From the NCBI GenBank assembly GCA_030704615.1, contig CM060733.1, positions 17,236,001 to 17,300,000 of the forward strand: a DNA stretch of 64,000 bases, written 5' to 3'. A program made the translations under genes and the position numbers. Under the pieces are notes generated by a model, which saw only the letters and a list, made by a program, of their open reading frames with translations, ran no database searches and was not told the origin of the DNA. The stretch is from Takakia lepidozioides (lineage: Eukaryota > Plantae > Bryophyta). This document shows, piece by piece, positions 36,760 to 47,340 of this stretch; positions within the stretch are counted from its first letter, which is position 1, and every line of letters begins with the position of its first letter.

Positions 36760-39700
36760 TATCAAGTGTCACAGTCATTAGAATCATAATCGACCTCCTA
36801 TGCTATGTCATTCATAAAGATTCCGGCCCCAACACCATGTTTTCTACCACGGCCGTCGATGGTTGGACTGCGAGTGCCATGAACGGACATGCTTGCTGCG
36901 AGTGCCTCCGCATAGACGGGCAACATGTAAGACTGAGGAGGACTTGAAAGAAGTCCAAAAAGGTGTGATAGCCACTGACCTGGAGGGTCAGTGGAAGCAC
37001 ACGGACTCCTGCACAAGACGAGAAAAACCCATCTTGAATACAATGATGCAATGCACAAGTTTTTCAAAGATGATGTCTCGCATGTGCACTTTTGCCTTAA
37101 GAACAATGATTCTGGTATTGAAACAACAATGCAAGCATCCATAGGTTGAACTTAATTTGAGAACCACCAAGAAGAGGAATAAGAAGGCAGATTTACCATC
37201 TCTCCCGGGCGATCCTCCTTCGTCAGGTACATCTGTTCACACAATTCCATGTCTTCACGACCCTCATACCTGAGGTTTTCAAATAGCTGGCAAGTGCACG
37301 GCGACAGCGAAGGTCGATGGACTGGATGAGCACCAGAACACCTGCATCGGAGAGAAAGAAATTGCAATTAAAGGAGAAAACCCACCGCTAGTAGTGTTCA
37401 TCAAAAGCATTCCAACCTGGACAAGCACCCGCTGGAGGGACATTTGGGACTGGCAACCCATCAGGGATGTCCAAGATGATGAGGTCAGCTGCATATGGCT
37501 TCTCCTTCTCGTTCTCCCAAGATTTGGTCATTTTTGCCTACAAAAAATCATGCAAGCGAATGCTCAAGAGGATTGAAACAACATTGAAACAACACAAAAG
37601 AGACAAAAGACAACACGCACCGTGCCGAGGAACTCCACAATCCTCTCCCACACCGGTGAAGGATCGCCCTTGTAATCAGATTTCTTCGACTTCATCATGG
37701 CGAGGAACCCAATGTTGGCCATCTGCAACCTGGTAGGGCGAATGACCCTCGTGGGATGCTCCACTGCATGGTACGGGTCCTCAGGATCAACCGCCCCCTT
37801 CTTATTCCTCCCGGATCCCTTACCGTGTTGTGGAGTCTCCTTGGTCTGCTAGACATCCGGCGTTGGGCCAGTTTCTGCAACACTTCCCTGCCCACCCATC
37901 TACCCCTGTGCTCCCTTCCCCATACCCCTTCCTTTCCCTCCACCAACAGCAGCATCCTTTCTCTTTCCCTTTCTACCTTTACCTGGGGTATCCTGAGCGG
38001 GAGGCTCATTTTCTGCAAGCGTCCTCAAATTTCTATCATGAATCTCGAGGTCAGCAGCTGCGGCGCTGGCTGCTACATGCTCATTCTCTCTCCTCAAAGA
38101 CATCTCCTGCGCTGGGGTCTCCGAAATTGGGCAATCCAAGTACCAACCACAACTGGAAAGGTGGTCTAGGCCCCAGTCCTGCAAGATCCATGTAGTAAAC
38201 ATGGTCTGGTTGCCAGCAAGAACAAGCCACAGGTCCACAAAATCCGGATGTTTGTCCAAGCAGTTCTCTGCCATGAGAATATACTTTATGTACCTACAGG
38301 CACAAAGACAACCTTATTATGCAATGCAACTATTGTCTCATAGCTTTTGATCTACCACGTCACGAAGACACCCAAAAAGAGTGTACGGCACCGCACACTC
38401 TAATCACCGCACACAAATTAGGCTGAAGGGCCCAGGGTGTGTATGTTGTTGTTACTACACACAGACAGAACAAAAGAGTGTGCGGCACCGCACACTCATA
38501 TGAGCCCATATAAAACAGGTGGGAGGAGAGAGTGTCTTTGCAAAACAAAGAAGCCTAAGCCATTTCGCACCTGTAAAGGCATCGTTTCCAGGCTTCCTCT
38601 CCTTTCTCTTGCTGGTCAAGCTCATTTGTTCGACTGATCCCACCCTCCCTGTTGAACTCCTTGAAGAAACACGATTGCCACACTATGGCTCTCCATTTCC
38701 GCATGTATGCTTGGAAGCTGACCTTTGGTGTTGTCATGGTGATGCCATAGTCAGCCAGCTGCGTAAGTAGAACAGACTAGCCCATTTCCTCCAACTGCAA
38801 AAACAATTCCAATGCAAGAATGAACTACAAAACAATTACAGTCAATGAAACATCGACAGAGAAATTTGACAAAAAAGCGAAAAGAAAGCGACACAACAGA
38901 GGACATCATACCTGGCTCCAATAAGTGGCCTTGTGAAGCCATGTGTCCATCATATTGTCACTGACTGGAATGACACACTGGGTCTTCTTCTCTTTCTCCG
39001 GCCTGGGGAACATGTGTGGTATCCCTGACAGTGGGATCGAGTTCCATATTTGCAGCCACTTCACCTTCTGTTATGAAGACACAACGGCGGTAGACAACCT
39101 GTGCAACTTCTAATGGGCCATCTCCGGCTTTCCTGGTTTGTTGTAATGGTTTCTCACCTCTTGAAGGAACTCTGGTCCGAAGGTTGGGTCTGCAATTCTT
39201 GGATGCTTCACAAAAACACTCATAATGTTTTTTCGGGTGGTGTTCATCTCTTGCTTGATGTGACTCTCAACCCCTTTTGCTAACCTTCTCTCTTCAGGGG
39301 TAGAGTTGTAGTACTCCAGTTTGCCACGCTGACCTGCATCCGCAATGTCTTGCTGCAAGAGAATGCACGACAAATGCATGAACACACGGGCAAGGGAAAC
39401 AAACAGAAACAAAGTCCACGAAGCAGAAATACCCAAAGGCCAGATGATGGAAGATGTATCTCACCGCGTACATATACTCCATGAAAGCCTCGCGGGTCAA
39501 CGAGTACCATGTTTCTGATGTCTTGGAACTCTCACACTTCTTGTACGTCTCTGCTGACAAGATGGTCTTGAAGTTGCTCAAGGGCATCTGCCCGATCCTC
39601 TGTATCCTGTACAGAGTGTGCGCCAAGCTCGTTTTCACATGTGATGTCTCCATCCCTCTGCAGATTGATGTGTGAAAATCAGAATGAAATCCAACAACCG

Positions 39701-40196
39701 AGAATAGAAGATTGGAAGCAAAAATCCATGGAACCACAAGCGGAACATGAAGACTGGGCAACCAACCTGTTCATATCATTCATTGCCGTCAAAAGCCCCA
39801 TCATGTTCTCGTCACAATCCAAGACCATCGTTCGAACACAGTAATGCCACTCTTCCTCATGTGAGTGCAGCCTCCCAATGACAACCATCCATGCAAACAA
39901 CCGGTGGTTGCCATCCCATACGTGAAACATCTTCCCCGAGAATGCTTGCGTCAAAGTTTCCAGGAAACCTTTGACTGGAGAGAAGAAGTTAGAAAGATTC
40001 GTTCACCTGTCTCCAAATGGGATCCCATGAGTCCGTGATTGACTCATCCACAAGAAGCTCATTGCCTCTGGAATCCCTAGTAGAAACGTAAAACACCGCG
40101 GATCCATCCAAATACCGATGAACAAACTCGGCCTCCAGCTTCCTTAATGAGGGGTGACTGTCAGAGGTGACAGGGAGGGGCACTCACTGTTTCGGG
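36760..40196 (-). pseudogene. Spliced ParB/Srx-like domain + amino-DNA-methyltransferase-like fusion gene, copy 1
   Basis: Exons 40196-39767, 39657-39465, 39352-38912, 38758-38571, 38293-37621, 37537-37197 joined by GT-AG introns with consistent phases. WDGNHRLFAW (DGNHR at 39915-39901). DLIILDIPDG (DIPD at 37471-37460). Several stops and frameshifts. Confidence 0.72.
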
Positions 40197-40229
40197 CTGC
40201 AATTGAATTACAAAATACGAATGCGTCTG

Positions 40230-41390
40230 GGGGGCACAAACAGTGTGCGGTGCCGCACACTGTTTCGTACTTCCATTTTGCTCTGATTCAAGTCTGCTAC
40301 AAACACCAGAAAGGATACACTTCCAACCAAAAGAGAGAGTTCGAGGGGGGCAAAAACAGTGTGCGGTGCCGCACACTGTTTCATGCTGCCATTTTGCTTT
40401 CATTCTAGCCTGCAACACACACCAGAAGGGATAAATTTCCAACCAAAAGAGAGAGTTCCAGGGGAGCACAAACAGTGTGTGGTGCCGCACACTGTTTTGT
40501 GCTGCCATTGCAGTGTTAGTTACGCCTGCAAGAATGTGCTAAGTGCTCACATTTCAAACAAAAAGATAACATTGAAGAGGGGCTCAAACAGTGTGCGGTG
40601 CCGCACACTGTCTGGAGTATGCATTTCAATATGATTCAAGAGGGATACACAGAGGAGAGTGAACTCTAAAAGAGGACTTGGGGGCTACAATTCAAACATA
40701 AAACAATTGTTTCAGGGGGGCACAAATACTGTGCGGTGCCGCACACTATTTTGTGGTTCCATTTTGGTGTGATTCAGGCCTTTAACTCAATGCAGAAGAG
40801 GTACATTTTGAAGCAAAAAACGAAAGTAAAGAGGAGCACAAATAGTGTGCGGTGCTGCACACTGTTCCGTGCTAACATTTCAGTGTGAGTGAAGACTGAA
40901 AGAGTGTACTAAGTGCCTACATTTGAAAGAAAAAATGAACATTGATGACGGGCTCAAACAGTGTGCGGTGCCGCACACTGTTTCCAGCTTGCATTTCCAT
41001 ATGATTCAAGCCTTGTTTCCATCATGCATTTCAATATGATTCAAGGGGGATACACAGAGGTGACTGGACTCAAATAGAGGAGCTGGGGGCCGTTCAAACG
41101 AATACGATTGTTTCAGGGGGGCACAAACAGTGTGCGGTGTCGCACACTGTTTCGTGCTTCTATTTTGGTTTGATTCATGCCTGTAAGACACTCCTGGAGG
41201 GGTACATTTTGAAGCAAAAAACTGAAGTGATGAGGGGCACAAATAGTGCTGACATTTCAGTGCGAGTGTAGCCTGAAAGAATGTGGTAAGTGCCTATATT
41301 TCAAAGAGAAAAAGAACAATGATGACGGGCTGAAATAGTGTGCGGTGCCGCACATTGTTTCCAGCTAGCATTTCCATATGATTGAAGCCC
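40230..41390. repeat. Tandem array (~116-bp period) of palindrome AAACAGTGTGCGG-TG-CCGCACACTGTTT
   Basis: Cores start at 40241, 40357, 40473, 40589, 40727, 40843, 40959, 41128, (41244, deleted) and 41336. Two related copies at 38379 and 38476. Confidence 0.95.
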
Positions 41391-42949
41391 CGTAGAAAGA
41401 GGTCGCTGGAATCAGACAGAGGATCTGGGGGCTCAATACAACAGATCGCGGTATATCTTACTGCCGAGGCGTGGTAGTCATGGTTTTCTTGACTTTGACC
41501 ATGACTTCCCTATATTTTTGGACCAAATGGGACTTCACATAGTCGTTGAAATGACTACGTGACTACGTAGTCCTCTGGGCGACTACTTTGGTAGACGTCG
41601 TCATGACTGTATGGCTCCGCACTAGAGGGAAGGGTGGTCAATGATGGATGACCAGCACGAGCTTGCCACCAAATAGTCGCCGGAATGACTTCTAGTGCAA
41701 GCTTGGTAACCAAAAGGTTTAAAAAATTTAAAAAGTTGCTTATAGGGTTGCCCATTAGAGGGTTGGGACTTGGCCTCTTTTTGGTTTTTTTTTTTTTTTT
41801 TCCTGCGCGTTTTCTTAGTAGTATCAAGCCGAGAGATGAGAGATGGAACGCGATGATCACAAGATATGCACAGGCGTGTGATGGAGGCTTTGCAGAGCAA
41901 ATGATGCAGGAAGGGGCGAAGCGCAACCTGCACCGCAAATGTAGGCTCTTGGCTCCTATTAGTACCATGATTTGGTATTATTCCTTATGTTTACAAGGTT
42001 CTTGGGAGAGTCAGCTTGGTCTTGGTCTTAGCAATCCGTGTTTCAATCGACGCCCGCTCAGCTACACCATGGTGGTTCTCACAGACCAATCCGACATGAC
42101 CACAGACACAAGCAGCACACACAAGAGGTCCTCTTGGGTTCATGGTCAGTCAAATCCTCCATGGTTATTCTTCCTATGTTTACAAGGTTCTTGGGAGAGT
42201 CAGCTTGGTCTTAGCAAGCCGCGTTTCAATCGCATTTCAATCTTTGCCTGCTTAGCTGCACCGTGGTGAATGTCTGCTAGAAGCAGATGCAAGTCAGCAT
42301 AGGAACTAGTGTGATAAGTAGGGTTGGGTTGTTTGCTGGAACAATTCCAAGCTGTGATTGTCAGCTGCTAGCAGCAAGGCAAGGATTTGTGCAGAGGCAT
42401 GGATAGCTGAAGGAGCAGGGATAGTGTGTGGGTCCATATTAATCCAAGAGGGCCGGATTTCAAGCTCCAGATTACCTATGACTCCCTGTGGAATGATAGC
42501 TACAAGAAACTGCATGGGTAGATGGTCAACTGGAAGTCGCAGCAACAGCGGCATAATTGATAAAATCAGGCACTACTACTCAAGGCACCTTCTTCAACAC
42601 ATATCACCCTATTTTTCCCTCTTATCAGAATCGGCCCTAAATTGGTAACCTTCTTTTTCAACCTATTTCAGTTTTCTCTCTCATCATTAGGGTTGGGGTG
42701 TTTGCTGGAAGAGGGCCAGATTTCAAGCACAAGATTACCTATGATTCCATGTGGATCCATTGCTACAAGAAACCTGCATGGGTAGATGGTGAACTGGAAG
42801 CCACAGCAACAACGACACAATTGATAAAATTAGGGATTGCTAATGAAGGCAACCTTTTTCAACACGTTTCACCCTGTTTTTCCCACTTATCAAAATCGGC
42901 CCTAAATTTTCATGTTGAATTCTGCAAGTTACTGGTTGAGTGAACCTTT

Positions 42950-43590
42950 GATAGTTTGCAATGCGTGTGCAAGCCTGACAGCTCTGGAGAAGGGCAAAGA
43001 GGTCCATGGCAACATTGTCAGAGCTGCAATTGTACCACATGTCATTCTAAACAATACCCTCATTGTCATGTATGAAGGGAGTGTTTGACATTATGGCTGA
43101 ACAAGATGTGGGTGTCGTGGAGTGCGATGATTGCAGGATATGCACAACAAGGCGTGGGATGGAGGCTTTTGAGAACTATGAGCAAATGATGTGCGAAGGG
43201 GTGAAGCCCAACCACATCACCTTTGTTTGTGTTTGCAATGTGTGTGCAAGCCTGGGAGCTCTGGGAAAGGGGAAGAGGTCCATGGTGACATCGTCAAAGC
43301 TGGAATTGTACCAGATGTCATCATGAACACTGCCCTGGTGGACATGTTTGCCAACTGTGGGTGCATTCAGGATGCGAAGGGAGTTTTCCACACTCTGGCT
43401 GAATGAGATGTGGTGTCATGGAATGCGATGCTTGCAGGGTATGCACAATAGAGGCACGGGATGGAGGATTTGGAGACCTACGAGCAAATGATTGGGGAAG
43501 GGTGAAGCCCGACCACATCAGGTTTGTGTGCGTTTGTAGTGCGTGTGCAAGCCTGGTAGCCCTAGAAAAGGGCAAAGAGGTGCATGGTTG
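42950..43590 (+). pseudogene. PLS-class PPR fragments
   Basis: GVKPNHITFVCVCNVCASLGALGKG, PDVIMNTALVDMFANCGCIQDAKGVF; frameshifted. Confidence 0.88.
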
Positions 43591-43603
43591 CATACCCATT
43601 AAA

Positions 43604-43750
43604 GTTGTGCATGACAAGTTCCAAGTCTTTCACATTGTGCAACAAAATTTTGACGAAACCACTTGGCAGCACATGCGTACTCTTCCCGTTTGACCCATAA
43701 CCAATGTTAGGCATCAGTGTCGTGCCCTTGATCTAGCGCTGAAGCCGATA
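43604..43750 (-). pseudogene. RPL32: 60S ribosomal protein eL32 fragment
   Basis: [44 protein letters not shown] matches the conserved eL32 MPNIGYGS...HNVKELE segment. Confidence 0.85.
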
Positions 43751-44009
43751 GTGCATACATACTGCAACCATAAGGCTTGCACCTAAAACGTTTGCTCATG
43801 CAAAATGGCAGAGTGATGCGAAATGAAGACATAAATACAGACACAAGTCATATTTGCAAATGCATACAAGCCTTGAAATTGAGGAACGAGCGTTCAACAA
43901 CATTACTAGGAACACACATGCATATGCAGGCATTGTATTACATAAATGTGTGGGAACACAATAGGTGTGGCACTTGCCACATGCCCAGAACCACAACCGG
44001 ACTACATTG

Positions 44010-45300
44010 ACGCATGGTCTCAATCACTACAACTATCCCCTGAAACTGTGGCACTATCATCCACGAAAACCCGAGCTCCTAGGTGCCTTTTCTGCTTCCG
44101 AGCACACGGTGGAGATTAGTTCAATAACTGCTGTCGAGCAATGGCCTCAGCGTACTCAGGCAGGATGTACGAACGTGGAGGGCTGCACCAAAAGTCAGAC
44201 TGAAAAACACAGACGTCGTGCAAAGGAATAGCTTCCAATGTCTTGACAACCAACGTGAACGCAATGCATTAGCGAACATAGAAGAAAAGGGAATGGTGGG
44301 GGGTTGTGTTCGAGAACTAAGATTCATACAGAATTTCAACTTACTCACATGCGAAATCGTCGTCCAGGTCTTTGTCGTCCCCTTCGTTGATATCCACATG
44401 CACTATACCCTCATGTTCCTAGACGGCACGGGCTGGCCCTTGTAAGCCTACAATGATGTCATTGAAAATATCCGCATCCCCTTCCATACCAAACAATTGC
44501 CCCTCCCCAGCCTTGCAAGCATGGTACGAAGCGCCTGCAAGACGATGTACTGTTTAGCAAGATGTAACAAACTCTGCAACAAGAAGAGAACACCAGAGAA
44601 TGATCGGGGTCTAACCTGTCCCAAGAGTGAGGTCCACGATGTGCGATCCAAGATGAGAGCATGTCTCTATAATTGTCTGAATAAAAGTTGGGCTCTTCTC
44701 CTTCGCCCCTCTCCATGGTATGGAATTGGACTTTCTCAAACACACATTAGAATCCACGTAGTTGTAGTGAATGTCGTCCACTACAGGATCAAACCTGTCG
44801 TTGATAAAACAACCTCCCCCATGAAGCTTGAATTCCTTCACTGACGCAGGAGTGGAAGGAGGTCGAATCCTGACGAGGCACATGGCTTCAAAAAGGCGGG
44901 TCTGCACAAAAAGACATCACGAAGCACATAAGAGCAGATATGATTCAAAATCCCAAAAAGATGAGAGCAATTTCACCCCTCCGGAATTGAGTGTGTCAAC
45001 ACACTCAATTTTGGAGGAGTCAAATTGCACACAAATTGAAGCAGGAAAGAGAAGGAGGATTACCATTTGTCCCGGACAATCACCATTTGTTAGGTACAGG
45101 CTGTTCACACCATTCCACGTTTTGATGATCTTCATCCCTGAGGCCTTCAGATAGCTTGCAATCTCCTGACGACATTTCGTAGTGATGGACTGAATCATAA
45201 CCAGAACCCCTCCATCCGACAGAAAGAACTTGCAAAAAGAGAAGACCGTCAAATGCATTCCAGGTTGGGCAAGTGCTAGTGGGGACCTGCCTGCATCGCC
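44010..45300 (-). pseudogene. Amino-DNA-methyltransferase-like gene fragment, copy 2 (C-terminal SAM-binding half)
   Basis: Exons ~45300-45064, 44901-44616, 44534-44349 splice to PWRGAKEKSPTFIQTIIETCSHLGSHIVDLTLGTGASYHACKAGEGQLFGMEGDADIF. First exon is homologous to 37537-37197 and has the same intron position. Confidence 0.75.
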
Positions 45301-45499
45301 ATTGTACCAGATGTAATTCCCTGTGGATCAACAGCTACAAGAAACCTGCATGGGTAGATGGTCAACTAAAGGCTGCAGCTGCAGCGGCATAGTTCATAAA
45401 ACCAAGCACCTCAACCATGACCACAGCTTCTGAAAGAGGATCAAGAGAGGGAGCCAATGAGACATTTCAGCAGATTCAGGTACGTATGTATGTCCCTTG

Positions 45500-47340
45500 C
45501 TTAAGTGCATCAAGATGGAAGGTCTGGACGCTGGAAAGCAGGTGCTCACTCACATTATCCAAAGTGGATGCACGCCAAATGTTTTTCTACTCAACACCCT
45601 TGTCTCCATGTATGTCAAGTTGCTCACCAAGTGTTCAACAGAATGCCTCAACGATCTTTGATCACGTGGAATATAATGTTGGCAGGAGTTACCAAGCTTG
45701 GGTGTGGTAGGAATGCTTTGGAGACCTATGAGCAACTGCTGCGCGAAGGGGTGAAGCCCAACCACATCACGTTTGTTTGTGTTTGCAATGCGTGTTACAC
45801 TCCCTTTCACCCTTTCCAGCCTGGTACTTTCTCTTATGTGGTGAGAGAAAGACGATGTCTAGCAGGAAGAGCCCACAGCTCTATGACGGTGATCGAGAGA
45901 GAGAAAGAGTATGGATTTGAAGGGCCCACACCCCGTGATCAAGAGAGAGAGACAAAGAACAGGGAAGGACACACAGCTCTGGCGCATTTGCAATGGCAGG
46001 CCCTGCCCGTGTTTTAGAAGGTGACCGATACGTAGCACTACAGACGATGACCTGTTAAATGACAAAAATCCATGGTCAGCTGCAAGGGATCATTTTGGCC
46101 ATCCTTGTCTTCAATAGAATTGAGCTCCCAAATTTTGAGTCACAAAATCAAGAACAGTTTTTAGTTTTGTACTTGAATTAAATCACACTTGCCAATAGAG
46201 AGGTTCATTTGGAATTTTCACTCGTATATCTTAGTTGTGCAAGCTTGGGAGCTCTGGAGGGAAAAGGTCCATGGTGACATCATCAAAGCTGGATTTGTAC
46301 CAGATGTCATTCTGAACATTGACCTAGTGGACATGCAGTAAAATGTGGGTGCAGCAAGCCTGATGCGAAGGGAGAGTTCGACAATATGGCTGAACGAGAT
46401 GTGGTGTTTTGGAGTGCCATGATTGTAAGGTATGTGCAGCATGCGTATGAGATTAAGGCTTTGGAAACCTAAGAGCAAATGATGTGGGAAGGGATGAAGC
46501 CAGACCAGGTCATGTTCATTTGTGTTTATAATATGCATATGCGAGCCTAGCAGCCCTGGGAATGGTGAAAGAGGTTCATGGTTGACATTATCAAAAGCTA
46601 GAATTGTACCAGATGTCATTCTGAACATTCCCCTAGTGTACATCTATGCTCACCTTGAAGTGTTCAACAGAATCCCTCAACGATCTTTGATCACGTGGAA
46701 TATAATGTTGGCAGGATTTACCAAGCATGGGTGTGGTAGGAATGCTTTGGAGACCTATGAGCAAATGATGTTGGAAGGGGTGAACCTCGACCGCATCACA
46801 TTTGACATTTGCATTTGCAATGCGTGTGCGAGCCTGGAAGCCCTGGAAAATGGTAAAGAGGTCCATGCTGACATCGTCAAAGCTTGAATTATACCAGATG
46901 TCATTCTGAACACTGCCGTGGTGGACATGTTGCCAAATTTAGGTGCATTGAAGATGCAAAGGCAGTGTTTGACAAAATGGCTGAACGTGGTGTGGTGTCG
47001 TGAAGCGCGATGATCGTAGGGTATGCACAACAGGGTCGTGGGATGGAGGCTTTGGAGACCTATGAGCAAATGATGCAGGAAGGGGTGGAGCCCAACCAGA
47101 TCACCTTTGTTGGCGTTCGCAATGCATGTGCAAGCTTGGCAGCCTCGGAAAATGGCAAAGAGGTCCATGGTCACATTGTCAAAGCTGGAATTGTACCAAA
47201 TGTCATTCGGAACACTGCCTTGCCTGATATGTATGCCAAATGTGGGAGTATTGAACATGAAAAGGGGGTGTTTGACATTATGGCTGAATGTGATGTGGTG
47301 TTGTGGCACGCAATGGTCGCATGACATGCACAGCAGGGTT
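45500..47340 (+). pseudogene. PLS-class PPR fragments (duplicated)
   Basis: VFNRMPQRSLITWNIMLAG, MIVGYAQQGRGMEALETYEQMMQEGVEPNQITF, DMYAKCGSIE; stops and frameshifts. Confidence 0.9.

Noticed and set aside
40230-41390. CRISPR array (palindromic repeats with spacers)
   Set aside because: Spacers are ~90+ bp and homologous to one another, there are no cas genes, and the context is eukaryotic and intronic. It is a tandem repeat with a conserved core.
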